DNA of 62,763 nt, filler included, from Choristocarpus tenellus KU-1152 (GCA_964200185.2; 15 parts of 15 records of this genome joined end to end with filler, not necessarily neighbours in it); one strand, 5' to 3'; shown: positions 1 to 14,387, numbered from the whole stretch's first letter. A program made the numbers and translations. The notes: generated by a model from the sequence alone, not told the origin.

Positions 1-75
1 CTTCGCCAGCTCGAAAATAGTCACAACGAAAATGAAAATGCTTGTGCGCGGAATGTGGTTGTATGCATCCAACAG

Positions 76-692
76 GGAGCCACGGAAGGGTACTCCACGG
101 TGTTCCTTGCTGCCACAGCATGCCTGATAAGCCAGCCCCGCGCGAAGGTCTCCTTGCAAGGACGGTCCTTGTTAGTTCAGGAACGAGACAGACTGAGTCA
201 ATTTGCTCGATACTGCATCAAGTTTCAGAGCGATTACCTTGGACAGGAGGCAGGTTTCTTCTTGTTTGAAATGCTGCCGACTACAACCGTATTTCTCAAG
301 TACGGCTGAGAATATATATATACAACAATGAGCATGTCCACAAATATATTAGCCTGTATGATACGTTCAGCCAATGGGAGACATCATACTTGCAGTATCT
401 CTGTCCCTTCAATCTTGCTCCTGATACTATTACTTGGGGCATTATTCTTGAGCTGTTAGTGTTTTCTTCATTGACTGTGTGTGATCATTTCTCCGTAAAG
501 TGTTACTTCCACTGCCAATACGTTCATCCTTGGAAATCGTTATTCCTTTCTCATGGCAGACTTGTCACTATGCCACATGCTGTAAGACTGATTCACTCTC
601 TGCACGTCAACTTATAACAATGTTTTCATGATCAGGCGTTGGCAGCAATGAAGCAGCTGCAGCAAGGGCTGGACATATCACGAAGAGGTTAA
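76..692 (+). CDS. Possible last two exons of an unknown protein (76-249, 636-692)
   Basis: cag|GGA acceptor at 76, open frame GATEGYSTVFLAATACL...QSDYLGQE. A second cag| acceptor at 636 gives ALAAMKQLQQGLDISRRG-stop. The in-frame join needs a GC donor (GAG|gcaggt). No family recognised. Confidence 0.3.
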
Positions 693-1209
693 AAATAATG
701 CGTACGAATTTTGTGTTAACAGTGCTGGAGACCAAATAATGCCGCATCAAGTCGGTTTTGTTCTCTTAATGTGCTTCATTGTTCAATTGGGAAAGTTTGT
801 CTTAGCACATCAATACCAACATGGTCGACAGGCTAACTCCTCATGTCCATATCTCAACTTGTACTGGCTGCATACTGCTGTATTCTTATCCCGGGAGTAG
901 GGAGAGTGAGTGACCTTGTGGCATGTTGGCCCTGGAAAAGCTAGTTTGAAGGTACTGAAGTGGACAGGCATTGCAACCACTCTAGGCCCTTGAATTGTGC
1001 ACATTGCAGACATGGAACGGGTAGGGTGTGGGTAGCTGCATTTTACAGAGTCACTATTTGACACACAGAGTCTGGAGAGTGATGCTGTAGCAGGTTTATT
1101 GACGGCAAGGTCTACTTAAAGTTTGTGTGTCAGTGGCTCCACTTGATACATGAGGTGTGTTCCTCTTTGATGTGAACTATCTGTTTTCGTAATAATTGGC
1201 ACACTTTTG

Positions 1210-1452
1210 GAGTCAAAGTATCTTAGAGGGTATAGTCGAGTCCATTTGGGGGCCAAAATCCAATGTTGCCATTTTGATGCAATTTTGGCTATCGCGTTTG
1301 TTAGGAAGTGTCAATATCCTTGTTCCGGACACACCTTTCATAACGTATACATTTTACCTACTCCGAAATATTCTCGAGTAGGAAAATGTCATAAAAACAA
1401 CAGTGAGAAGACAAGCCCCGAACGGACAAGCAGGGCTAAGATGCTTTCACTC
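1210..1452. mobile_element. Short TIR element (MITE), CAAAGTATCT family, subfamily A, complete copy
   Basis: Left end GAGTCAAAGTATCTTAGAGGG; right end CTAAGATGCTTTCACTC (partly deleted TIR); flanks TTTG/CTTG (4-bp TSD with 1 mismatch). Colinear with 55150-55407 and 44533-44611. Confidence 0.85.
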
Positions 1453-3893
1453 CTTGTGTCATTCTATACTTGTTTGTATACATATATTTCCTCGTTTTTG
1501 TTCTCGTTGAAGTAGAACTACCTGAAAAATGTCAATCAAGGGACATACTCAAGACTATATGCATTTTTTGTGCACGAGGTAGGGGTGCACAAGTAGTTCG
1601 CTCCTTTGTAACCAATTTGATTGAACTAAACATGGCACACAACCAAAACATACGTGTGGACTGATTATTGTCAGCCGTTATGAGGTAAGGCAGAGGTTGG
1701 AGGGGTACAAGGCAGTATATATAAGCCACGTACACATGCAAGTCATAGAATGTTCTGTCCATATATGTGCCACATTGAACCAATTGTGATGCATTTGTAC
1801 CAGGATAGTCTTCACCTTGGTTACGGTGCATCCTTCAGCATTATCGAGGAAAGATGCTTCAAAAAGTATGATACTCTGGAGTATATAATATAGTACGTAT
1901 ATGTGCGTATCTACTCCCCTCGAAAATACAACAGTAAATCGACATTATTACAAGTAGGGCACAATGGATTGAATGTAAAGTGGTTTTGGATAGATGAAAC
2001 AGACTATCAAGTAACTACTTTCTTCTTTATGCATCACATCATTGCAAGTGGCGTAACAATAGCATCATGAATCAGTCCCTCCCAAGGGCTCTTTCCTTAC
2101 AGGTAGGTACTATTCTGTCGGGTACATAACCTCATGCAATGGTAGGCAAGAACCCCTCACTATATTTTGAGCCAATTGGTAATGACTCGTTCACGTACGT
2201 GCTGCAGTTAGTTGTTACTAGTGTGTACATAAGCCTGTAGTGTTAGATAACGCTTATCGAAGTAATGCTCCCCAAAGCCTTAGACCACTGTTGTAACAAC
2301 CACCATCAGCAGTAAAATACTAAGTAGTGTAGTAGTTGCGCTATTGTTATCTCACACAGTGGGTCCCGAGCAAGGGTGAAGATCACGAAAGTTTGCTTTC
2401 ATCGTGAATCACAAAAAACTCTTGGATTGTACTGTCATACTCCAGAGTAGTGGTAAGAGTTTGTATTGAAGGTCATATTCAAGATAGAAAACATAGTTTC
2501 ATCCAGCACTGTGCACAGCACATTTATCCCATAGGTATATATATATTACTATTATACCGAGCCTTTTCTTGTGGTGTAGTGCTCTCCATCCCCCTTGTTG
2601 TTGTGCCTAAGTGCTAGAGGCAATTTATTAAATCGACGCTCTTATGGAGGGTTGTGCAATGAAGTTTGATGGGGGTGGATGACAGGAATAGAATGCAACA
2701 TATTCATCAACAGCAAAGTGGATTTGCTCCATTGCACCTCCAGGCCCCTACGTCTTGGATATTGGGATACACGTTGATTGTTAGCATACCACAAGACTTG
2801 AATGGACTCTCACACACAATGCTAGGCACTTTTTGACTCCCTCTTCCTCCATCACCTGTATTGTTGTACGTCATCAACATATATGATTTGACCTCAATAT
2901 AATCATTACTCTGCGAATATTTACCAACCCTAGAATAAATTACCCTTCCCATCCACAAATAAACAATAAATCTGTACCAGGTACTCTGAAGTACACATCA
3001 CTCCCATCTTTCATCAACTTTCAGTTACATACTTCGCTTCCTCAGTTACAGAAATATGACTAGCGACTACTGAATCATCTACTTCATCCCTCTGTCTACT
3101 CACTCACCATGTGTTTGTCAAGAAACACATAGAAGTCACCTTCATATGTGATCTTTTGAGTAAATTCCACTAAAGCCACCAACTTTGTGCCTGCTGCCCC
3201 CACTGAAAACAACGATATACCTTCACTTCTTTGTTCAATTGCTCCAAATTCTACCACACATCGGCCTAATACTCTCCACAACCTCCATCATTCAAATTCC
3301 ATCACCACGTTGCGTTGTTGATTTTCTCTCTATCATCTGCCACCATGCCACTGCAACCATTCTCGTACGCATCTCTACCTCCCACGTGCTAGGATTTTTT
3401 GTTCATCAGCTAAATCTATCGCTATCAATAAACTACACCCATCCATCCCCAAATACCCGTCTCTTCCAATCCTATAGGAATTGCAGAGGTCACTACAAAC
3501 CCCTAGCTGCCATCAGAAATCGTTTCTAAGGATGCTGTAGAATATTGCAAGCAAACCCTCTTACATAGAAAGCCAATACAATCGATAAACCATACCAATA
3601 AAAGCACACAAAACAAGAGCAAAATGGGGGAAGTAGGAGGTCAACACTCCAACACACCCTCAACAAGTACACTTGCACAAAATCTGACCAACTGCTCTCG
3701 AGATCTTCCTCGTGGATGGACCACCTACAAGGCACGTCCACACCTCCCCAAGATTGTCGAAATACCCTCCAAAGCTTCAACAATATTTACATCATATGAT
3801 ATTAAGATCAGAGATACCTTGCTGCATCACATTCAACGGCCCCTTCATACTGACAACGTGCCTGTGTAAACCTGCATACCCACATCAATCAAG

Positions 3894-5658
3894 TCATGCC
3901 ACCAAGTATGGAGCAGTGCCTTGTGTGGTTTCACACTGAACGGATGCCATCTGTGAGGAAGTATCTAGAACCGGAAGCGTGGCATTGGCTTGACCTTGTT
4001 GACTTGGGACCTGGTGACAAAATATATGATGGGGAGGGAGGCATTGGCATGATGAAGAGGATCAACCTCCAGCCTGGGCTATTCTTGACAAGCAACGCCC
4101 TGATGCATGACGTATATCATGAAGATAGCTTTTTTCAGAGCAGGAACCAACCTTACTGAATGCCCCATGCTCAACTGTCCCTCCTGCAGTACTAGAGGTA
4201 TCTGAATGACTCCTGACAAATATGACACGATCATCATTTTAACCTCAAGGAGTTGTACAACAGTTCACAGTCTTTCCTACTTTTCTCCTCTTCTACATAC
4301 ATCAGACAGGTTGCTCATATTCCTTGCACTGCACTAATTGATGGGATATGAAGGGTCAAAATATAATTGCCTTCTTGTCACCCTCCCCCAAAAGGTAGTT
4401 TGTTCATCACCCTCAATGAAAAAAATATAAAGGTCAGATCCTATCATAGAGAGCAAGAAGCAAAATGAGGAATGATCTCCCTTGCTCCCAACCTCAAATT
4501 TAAACAATATGTATATATATATCAGAAATAAATAGTTATGTTGATAGAGGTGGCCCAGATAAAAATAAAACGATATTACGCACGTATGGCAATTGAACAA
4601 GCAGGGCCAGCATTGAAAATAACTCATCTACCAGTCAACAAGAAACACAAATATAACAACAAAAATACAGAAGAGTAATAGTGTAAGGCGTATGATATGT
4701 GCAAAGTAAGAAGTCCAGAAGAGTAAACACGATACTCAAAGATGGGAGACCTCCACCGTAGATCTCAGAAACCAATTAGATTCAGTCAAACACATCCAAC
4801 TTTATTTTGTACCTCTCAGCAAAAATTGATACCTCAGACCTGGAAATACATGAAAAAGTGATATTTCTCTTTTTCTAAAATAAACTGTCCCTTTGCCAAA
4901 CCCTTCTTGGTACTAAATAACCACCTGTCCATGTCATAACAACAACGGCACACGTACATAGATTATACTCCATATTTGATCCAAATCTTTAAATATCAGG
5001 CTTAAGGATTGTGTGTGTGATTGGTCGTGTCAGCAATATATCAAGCACTCACAATTTACCATTCAATTAGAATCAATCACGCACATGATTCCATCACACC
5101 TCAACCACTTTCAATTCAAAGCAAGAAGGTTGGGTGAGCACCTGGTTCCTCTTGCAGGCCCTGCAGACGCCTCTTCCAAAGCCCTTCCTGCTGCCCTGAG
5201 TAGGCATGAATGAGTTGGGAGGAGGGTGGGTTTTGGAAAAACAGGCAGTGAGCTATGTGGACTGCATTAGAGGCAGCATTGTGTTAAAATGCTGATATAA
5301 TCATTTTCACTACATCATTCAAACACTTGAGGCTCACCCTCTACCCGCTGCATGCCTTACACCTCCATATTTCCCCTGCACTCTTGAGTAAGGTGACTGC
5401 TTGCCAATCCCTGACATGTTATTCTTCTTAAGTCGATCAGGTGGGGGGCAGATCTGGCATCTCTCCCAGAAACAGTAACGAAACGTAAAATGCTGTTTCA
5501 CCACTATCAAATGCTCCGTAGATAGGTTTGCAGAAGGATGGGAGAGGGGGGGGGAGTGATTGGCAAGCACACCCACATATACAAACAACTGGTAAGGAGA
5601 GGGGAAGGGCATGTGACCGAAAAATCGTACTCTTTTCTAAGGATGTCACCATATTTGT
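3894..5658 (-). CDS. 3' part of an unknown protein, 5 exons (5658-5618, 5453-5338, 5195-5142, 4212-4152, 4010-3894)
   Basis: All four GT-AG junctions are phase-consistent: KYGDILRKEYDFS|ICPPPDRLKKNN...AAGRG|AAGRALEE...GTR|SHSDTS...AFSK|VPSQQ...YLVA-stop. No family recognised. Confidence 0.55.
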
Positions 5659-6172
5659 CTAGGTAGAAAACGACATCACAAATCCTCAAATCAAGGTATT
5701 GAAGTGTTTGAGCCGACCTACATTTCCCCCATTCCAAATTTGCTCGCACACTTCTTCATTGGCCTTCAGTTCAGCATAGCCCATTCACACAACAACACTG
5801 GGGGCTCTTACACCTATTTTAAACTGAGGTTGCCCCACCAATTCACATTTATCTTAAAAGCATGTGTTAGTCCTCAGACTACATATACAATTTATGATGT
5901 GTGTGTATACAAAGTGTGTGCACCATATAACAATAGTATTCATGAAGCAGTGACGGACAAAATATTTGTGTTCACCGCACTCTCGCTTGCTACTCTATGC
6001 CATGATCACATCGTTACAACAAAAATAGTACATCATTTCATTCTGCCCAAACATCATGCAGTAGCATAGTGAAATGTCTAAGTGCCAACAATATAGATAG
6101 GGTGGACCCTAAGAAGAAATGTCTGCACAAATGCCAAAAAATTCTATAAAGGTAGAACAACTCACTATACAT

Positions 6173-6272
6173 NNNNNNNNNNNNNNNNNNNNNNNNNNNN
6201 NNNNNNNNNNNNNNNNTTAATTAATTAANNNNNNNNNNNNNNNNNNNNNNNNNNNNNNNNNNNNNNNNNNNN
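6173..6272. other. Artificial contig linker
   Basis: 44 N + TTAATTAATTAA (stops in all 6 frames) + 44 N. Confidence 0.98.
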
Positions 6273-6889
6273 CTTGCGACCAATGGGAGACATATTGCAT
6301 ATATTAGACTATGCTCTCATTTCTGCCCCCCTCTTACTCCCAGCCCACCTTCCCCCATGTGTTTACTGGACACACGCTACTGCTGTTGATATTCTAGAAG
6401 AATCTCCTCATTTGAGCCTGCCTTTTCGTCATTTCCCTTGCTCAACTTGTTTGTATCCCCCCCCAGAGTACACCCTTTTGTTCACCCTATGTAACTTGGA
6501 TTCTGAGGTGATGAGCAGTACTACCGCTGCTGTGAAGTCTGCCCGTGTTGGCAATTTTGTGTGCCGGGTACCACTTCAGTGCTGTTCTTGGAAATTTCTT
6601 TACCCTTGTCCTAACACTGGAGTGCAGTCCATGAATTGCAACAGTGGTTGAGATTTGGCCACAGCAAGAGCACTAGGGTTGTAACTGTAATAGTAGTGTT
6701 GTGGCATGACTAGTGACTCTGGGTGATCACATTGTCAGACATGCATCTATTAATACTTCTAGGGCGTGAATTATTATTATTATGGTACTGACGATTTGGT
6801 ACAACCTGTACTCTGCTGACAGCTTTTGCTTCTTTTTTTAATTTTTTAATTTTTTTAATTTTATTTCACTTGGTCTACTCACACAACTT

Positions 6890-8260
6890 ACTAATCGCTG
6901 CCATGGCAGGCGTTTCTGTTCCTTGACATCGGCGGCTTCCGGCCCGTCTCCATGAGGCGCAGACATCACCCAGGATGGGGGGAGGCCATTGGCGGGGCGT
7001 CTGGAGGAGGAGGAGGAGGAGGAGGAGGAGGAGGAGGAGGAGGAGGTAGTGTTCGTGGAGGTGCTACTGGGGGTGATGAGGACTCTGGTAAGGGGAAATC
7101 CTGTTGTGGATATGTGTGTGGAAAGTGTGATTTGTGATTTACATGCATGGAGCACTTTGTATGGGTTGATAATTCAGTCCAGGTATAGAGTCCTCTGTGG
7201 TTTGGGTGTGTTGGTTGTACTGCAAGGCTGAGGAAAGGTATAATGTGTTTGTGTTTATGTTTGTGTTTGTGTTTGGGGGGGGGGAGGGGGTGTCACCCTG
7301 TAGGCATGCACATGGCAATGTGTGCATGCAACGCTGTGTATTGAAAAATTGGGTGAGAATCAAGTACATAGTGGACCAGTTTGTTGTAAAAGAGTTTTGA
7401 TTGGACAGAAAGGGAATCAGAAGAGTAGGTTTGGAGGTATTGCTCGTGTGACGGCATTGCATTGAATTCATAGTAAATAGTGGATTTTCAAGAAGCAGTA
7501 GTTGATATTAGTAGGGCACTTGGTTTTTCGTGGCGCCCTGTAGCCAAGGTATACAGTGGTATATATTTTTTTGTGGGGTTGATGTTACAGAAATTATCGT
7601 AAGAGGGTGAGAAGGAATAGACGAACAGGAGAAGGACGGAAGGTGAAACGGTAACCTCAGTCCATATCTGTCACCAGTACATGCTATGGAAGGCACAGAG
7701 ACAGTAGAAGATTCACACACGGGTGCACGAGGTCGGGCTCTTTCCTTGAGTCCGCATGACCTGTAGAATGCAAATGATATTCGATGCGCACTATTGCTCT
7801 TTCACACTCTTGAACCTTTTGGGGAGGGGGGGGGGGGGGGGGGGTTGTCAGTAAAAGAAAATGGGACAAAAAAACTGCAGTGGTCAGGAAAAAGAAAAAA
7901 AAAAGACTCTTGATGGATTGACGGTGTTGACTCTCTTTGTTGGCATGTCTTGCTTATTGCTGGCATGTCTTGCTTATTGCATTGCGATAGTGGCATGCTG
8001 CGGACTGCTGGTTTGATCAGAAGTATCCCATGCGCCTGCCCCCCTTACGTGTTGGCCCTGTTCCTCCCCCCAAATACTCCACATAATATGCTTACGTCCT
8101 GAGCAAACCTAAGTCCCAACAAGGGGAGTTCCAGGCTCAGGAGGCGGTGATGATGGTCCGCCGTACTCAGGTCTCTCTTCCGGCCCGTCTGGACTAGGAG
8201 TGACTGAGGCTGGGGAACTTGAGCAGGAGCATGGGGGCCAGCCTGAGTTGGACCTGAGAA
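6890..8260 (-). CDS. Possible low-complexity exons of an unknown gene
   Basis: GC-rich open stretches with candidate splice sites, e.g. GFPLTRVLI...SSSS...KRLPWQRL|gtaagt near 6890-7100 and a Pro/Gln-rich stretch near 8090-8255. Frame not resolved. Confidence 0.2.
7003..7047 (+). repeat. (GGA)n microsatellite
   Basis: About 15 GGA units. Confidence 0.95.
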
Positions 8261-8577
8261 GAGATGAATCAGGTACTGTGCAAGGTGAGAGAGTGTCTAT
8301 GTCTGACTGGGAGGGAGGGTGATTTGGGAAAGAGGAGTGGACTTGGAGGTGTGGTGAGAGTGTAATAAGAGTGATTTGATCACTGCTTATTGAACGATTC
8401 AATGTTCATGTAGTGTAATTGAAGGTTAAGGTGTACCTTTTTTGTATTAACAGCGACTGCATAAGGTGTGTGTACATACACTATGTTGGTGCATAGATGC
8501 TGATCCTCCAGTCTCTCTCTTACCCTTCTACATCATACACTCCAGGGTCCTGCATTAGGCGGTGTTATTGCTACCGG

Positions 8578-8603
8578 GGTTAGGGTTAGGGTTAGGGTTA
8601 GGG
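8578..8603 (+). repeat. Interstitial telomere-like (TTAGGG)n tract
   Basis: GGTTAGGGTTAGGGTTAGGGTTAGGG. Confidence 0.85.
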
Positions 8604-11221
8604 GAAGCATAGTGTGCCTCTCGGCGAACCACAGTTGCTTGGTGTAGAGGGTAGTCAAGCGGAGTGCCGGGTGTGTTTTTTTTCCCATCTCTCTTAGTGT
8701 GCGTGCGTGTGTGTATGATCCATATTGCAACTCCCTAAAAGTCCACGACGAGGTCCTACAGGATACACACGCCTCCCATGTATGGGCTCTTGCGTTGTTG
8801 TTTTTTTTCATTTCCTTCAACGCAAGGGGGATAGTTTGTCAGACAACAGATCCGCTACTTGCTTACCTTCCTTGGGTGACAGTTACGGTGGCTGTGCTTG
8901 TTACCTCTGGTGACCTTGGGTCCTCCCTTCACCCTGTGGGAGGGGGAGCCTTCGAAGGGTCCCTGGGGCTGTACTTCGTGAAGTTTCCAGCTAGGGTTTG
9001 TGCGATAAAAGCACCTGGGGATGAGGGGAAAGGGTTTTCGTTTGTCCAGGTATGGGAGCGTATACGATACCTTTGTTTTGATCGTAGTTCCTTCTCAGAT
9101 GTTAAGATGCCACGACGTTTTTGAGGAGGGGAATGCAATCGATCCTGACAAACCGTTCAAGTGCCCCCCCCCATCATATGCATGCTGCGCGGAACCGTCT
9201 TGTTCCCATCCTTCCGTTGGTCTGACTGTCTGCAAGTTATGGCACCGGCCCTCATCCTCGCGCGTGCTATCTAAAGTGCGTCCTCTACTCTTTCCTTGAT
9301 GGAACCATTTTTTTTAAATAAAAATGGAAGAATACGACTTCCCGCGATTTTAAATAGCCACGGCTCAAACTGGGGCTCTAGCTCATCGACGTCATTGACT
9401 CGCCTCCGTATGGTGCGTCTGCTCGCCGTATCACCTCTCCTGTGTGTTCATATTGCTGGTACCGGCTCTCATTATCACGTACTTGCTCATACCGACCGTT
9501 CGTTCCTCCCGGGCGATCTGTTGGCTCCATATTGCACTGGCTCTAAACGGCTAGAATCTAAGGTGTGTGTGTGTGTGTGTAACTACTAGCTGCATGTTAA
9601 CATTGCTTGTACCATACTGTATTCGGTCTTGTGTGTCTCCCCGCCATCTCCTCACTATCTCACATCCCGTGTGTTCTGATGGCACTATTTCTTTATTTTT
9701 CTACAACACTGGTGTACTGTGCACTGCTATTCATATATTTATGTGTGTGTGCGCGCGCGCGCGTGTGTAGCTATAAAAGAATGTATTAGTAGTTGTGCAC
9801 TCCTGTTGTTGTGAGGCAGTTCTGCTACGGCCAGGATGCCCCCAAGGGGACGGGCTTGTAGAGAGTCCCAACGGAGAGTTGTGCAGGGGTTGGACAAGAG
9901 CAGGAGGGCCTTGGTGTTGCCGTTTGCGGATGTCTGGTGCCGTGTATGATAGGGTAACAGGGGTATGTGTGTTATAACTCTGATGCCACTGTTGTTGACT
10001 CTCCCCCGTGTGTACCGTACCAAGCCCACATCTCGAAGACGCCTCTTGGTTCTCCTCTCATGCACACAAGCTGTGAGCAGGCTGGTCACTCCTGGAGGTT
10101 CCTGCTCATTCTGTTGAAGCATAAAAATATCTCAAGTTCCGATGCCTGAGATAGCCGAAATAAGGGGGGGGGAGGGGATGTAACACGCTATCTCAGATCT
10201 CAGGATTTTACTGCGGCGAGATTTTACGGGATGGATAGTTTCCCATTTTTTCATTTTCGAGTATACTTCAGAGTAAGATGGGTACAACGTTTTAGCACCC
10301 TAGTAGCATCAACACCTCACAAACTCATTGGTCATGATGGTTGGCCTTGGGAAGTTAGCGCAATGAGGAGTTCATAAATGTATGCTCTGCCTTTTTATCC
10401 GTCTCAGTACCAGCAGAGGTGAGTCTGAAGACAAGCGACTACTCTTCTCCTCCCGAGGCTATCGTGAATGATCCCTTTCCATTTGATGTATCCCTCCGTT
10501 GTCGGCTCTGCTTGCGTTCTTCCCGTTGGCCCTGTAGCCCTCTCCCGTTGACCCTGTAGCCCTCTCCCGTAGCGCTACAGAATCTAATGGGCCTATCGTG
10601 ACACGCAACGGATCTAGAGCAGAGACTTTCATCATTTTTTTTGTAACCGCCCTAACCCTAACCCTAATTGTGCGTACCGTATATTGTTTTTAATTGACGC
10701 CCCCAGTACCCTCAACTTGATCACGCTTTGTGCCTTTCCTTCTCCCCACGAATATGCCAGTCTCCTCCGAACCCCAAGGAGGAGACTCCGACATGCCCCC
10801 TATTGTCTCGAGGGCACCAACGAGGACAGGCATCAGAGCAGGTCATGGCCTCGGCCTGAGAATCGCAGAGCTGATCCAGGTGGATGTTGCTTTCTCAGCA
10901 AATGGAGTTAAACAGGTAGGTTCGATCCTTTTGCCCTTGTCCCTCGTCCAACAATCCTCCCTTGTCCCTCTAGTGGTTAGTTTACGGCAGTGGCAGTAGT
11001 AGTCATCACTATTGCCTAGTCAACAGGGACTGCTAGCACACTCTAGCTATGTAGACTCTTTGACTGCCCCCCTTTCAGGTTGGTGTCGCAACCTTGCAGC
11101 ATTTGTTTCTTGTGGTTTATGTATGATTGTGACATTAGCACAACATCTCGCCCTTGTACCCCCCCCCCCCCCCCCCCCCCCCCACTCGTCTTCCTCTCCC
11201 TCCTTCTCTAGAACTCTTGTT

Positions 11222-11321
11222 NNNNNNNNNNNNNNNNNNNNNNNNNNNNNNNNNNNNNNNNNNNNTTAATTAATTAANNNNNNNNNNNNNNNNNNNNNNN
11301 NNNNNNNNNNNNNNNNNNNNN
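11222..11321. other. Artificial contig linker
   Basis: 44 N + TTAATTAATTAA + 44 N. Confidence 0.98.
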
Positions 11322-11479
11322 CACTCTTCTAATTTCAACCATGTAATCACGTTCAGCAATGGGGAACCGTGTGAGGCTCCACACCTTCTTATCTTCACTA
11401 CTGACAAATAGCATTACCTCCCAAGGTAAGTTTGCACAGTTTCGGCTGATGTGTCAGCTGACGTGTGCAATAAGATAAT

Positions 11480-12300
11480 AAGAGAGAGCACCTCCCACCT
11501 CAAGGGATAGTGCTCACTCTGCTAATAAATACATCCATACCAGCATAATGAGAAGACTCCATTGGAATAGCTTTCTTTTGCAAATAAACCCCCTCTACAA
11601 GGTCATGAATGGTGCCGTAACGCTCCGCCAAACCCTGCCCTTTAGAAATGCAAAACCTCCAAATCATGGATGTTTAGATCTGGTGACTGCACTGGCTGTG
11701 TCACGAGCTTAATATTCTATCCCTCCTGCATCCCTGCTACGTTCAGCTTCTACACTGTGCCTGTGCCCTTATGCGGGGTCACATTGTCCTGCAGTATGGA
11801 GGCCCCCCACCGATTTCAGCCACATCTTTTTTTCCTTAATCGCTGGCAACAGCTGGTCCAGGTACCACTTGACGTTGATGGTGACGTCGACCTTGTACTT
11901 CTCACCCTTCGTGTGCTTCATTGTAGTTCGTTGCGCCTCTTTCGTGATGCAAACCTGCCAGATCCCGATCTTGCCATCAAAATCATGGGAAGGATCCGGG
12001 TGCGAAACGGTGGAGATGAACGTCACTTTGGGAATGTGACTCTTGTGCTGCACCTTCGCTGAGCCCACCTTTTCTTCCCCTGGGAACATATGCATCATCT
12101 CTCGTTTGCGGATGAAGTAGAACCACGCTTTGTCGGCGTGAATGGTGTTGAGGCCAGTCCTGTAGGTTTTGCGGTTGTTGGAGGTCTTGTCGAGGATGAA
12201 GTCCACCCTGTTCTTCTTGTGAGAAAACGAAAGGCTAGGGGTGATATGTCGCTGAACCCTCGTTACCCCCATGGCTTTGAGTCAGCGATGAAGCTTTGAA
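11480..12300 (-). pseudogene. Decayed Tc1/mariner (DD39D, plant/stramenopile-type) transposase
   Basis: Motifs IHADKAWFY (cf. IHLDEKWF), HKSHIPKVTF and DFDGKIGIW; after a frameshift QQDNVTPH and LVTQPVQSPDLNIHDL, with internal stops. Confidence 0.85.
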
Positions 12301-14387
12301 CTGCCGACTGCGAGGTCCGCTTTGGTGAGCTTGTCGGAAAGTCAGCTTGAGATTACTGGTATTGATTTCCTGGATGTTCGCTTGTTTTGTTAGCATAGAG
12401 TCCGACGGCCATCCAGATTGTGCTTGTGATTTCAGGGAGATGGCATTTCCCCCTAACTGTTCTTTGATGCGCCCACACCCGCCCAGGGTGTCTCTTTCCC
12501 ACTCCAAACTCTCTCCTGACTCGGAGGAAGAGCCAGTGTGTAACGCAGAGCAAGTGCACTCCAACCTTCCTTGGTCAGCTTGCAGTCCTTTCCCCGGGAT
12601 GTGGGCTTCGTGCCGGGGACAACCGACTGTGGGGGCTCGCCATGGGGATTGTGAGACCTGCAACTTAAACGGCCCAGGTGTATGGGACAGAGGGAGTACA
12701 TACTACTAAGTGGCGCAGGGACAACAAATACCACCCCCCCCTACCTCTTTGCTGCAGCAGATACATCCTTTCCTCTTCCTTTTTCTCATTCTCTCAGCGA
12801 GCCCATTCTATTACCCCCCTCTACTTGCATTACCATAATCGCCTTGGTGAGCTGCTGAAATTCGCTCCAACCAGATTGCAATAATGATGAGCATAAGGAA
12901 TGCGAAACGGCCATATCGCCAAGGGAGAAGCCAGTGATTGTGCGGCACACGGAAGCAAACAGTTGCAATGCGTTGTATTCGGCCTGACTCATTGCGCAGT
13001 AAAATAAAATATGCTTGCCTCTATACAATATATGTAATCCCTTCTATATGAATGCACACAACACAGTACACATTACCACGTCGACCTAAGCCTACTGACA
13101 ATCTGCATATTATGCTGTTATGTGAGGGACAAGAAGCAACATTCAATCCTGAGAATGCAACAACCTCAACAAACTTAACCTGTTTCTTCGCTAGGTTAAT
13201 GCGACTGGTTGGGATGAAGACCAGCCAAATATATCTTCTGGGTCACTCGCTTTGACTGCTTTTGCTTTTAGAATGTATTATGGTTTTCAGATATAATAGA
13301 TTGAATTCATGATAGATTGGCCGACCTGGGACTGAGCAAGAAAATAGTAAGCCCGAAACTCCAATACACCGAAATCCTGATGTGCAAGTAAGCTTCGAAA
13401 AACTACTTTAATCCATTGTCTTTGACAAGCCTGCAATGTTTAAAATGAAGATCTTCCAATCTGCCAGGAGGTAAAGTATACTTGAAGACAAGAAACAAAC
13501 TGTGTCCACACGAGGAACCCATTTGACTCCACATTATCTGGAAACAGCCACGATATATATATATATATATATATACGACGATGATGATGGCTCGCGCAAC
13601 TAAACCATTTTCTAAAACTGGCACTATTATGATGGCGGCAATGAAACAAGGGAAGAATCCCACGAGTCAGTCGTGCTAGCCTTGCCATTGGTCTGATGTC
13701 TCCATCTTGATGATCATATTCCTCCTTGAAAATGCCACTTGTGCTGTCACGCAGTCTTTCACAAGCTCGGCCTTCACTGCTCATTTCCCTGCTGAAACTC
13801 CCACCCCCCCTACCACACACCATGTGATGAGTTGCCGGCTCATCTGGGATCTGGGTTGTTTGTGTGCCAAGATGCTCGAACATTTTTCAAGTTAAAATGC
13901 ACTAGATTTTGTTTTGCCCACTGATTTATCTCTTCCTCTTTTTTTGGTTTACACCCACCGTCATTTTGCAGATGTTGCTGGGAGGGGGGGGGAAAGTAAT
14001 TTTGTGAATCATAGCGATTGAATCGGTCCAATTCAAATATATCGCAGTTTGATTGAAGCCGAAATCATCGGGCAGATTTTCGGTTGTTTCTTATTTTTCT
14101 TCCATGGAGTATTTGGAGGAGAGGACAAAAACAGTAGTATAAAAACTACAAAATTACCATAAACGTACATAGGACTGCGTAATAAGCCATTATGCGCTCA
14201 GGTACTCGTTGAGGGTGAGTATCTATACGGTATGGTGAGAATGATGACAACGAAGGCGAAGGATCAGGTCAAGGCGCAGAATTTGCCTTGAAGGTAGGCA
14301 GAGAATCTTCAATGGTTTAAGTAGGTTCATTGCTGAAGGAAGAAGATCGCTAGATCACAACCTACCCCTCCCCCCCCCCCCCCCCCC

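Noticed and set aside
10675-10710. pogo-like terminus TACCGTATATTG...GACGCCCCC (also TACAGTACCTACCCCG at about 33270)
   Set aside because: No matching opposite TIR within the contig.
13660-13883. PATHHMVCG resembling the Copia protease motif
   Set aside because: Lacks DSG and other pol motifs.
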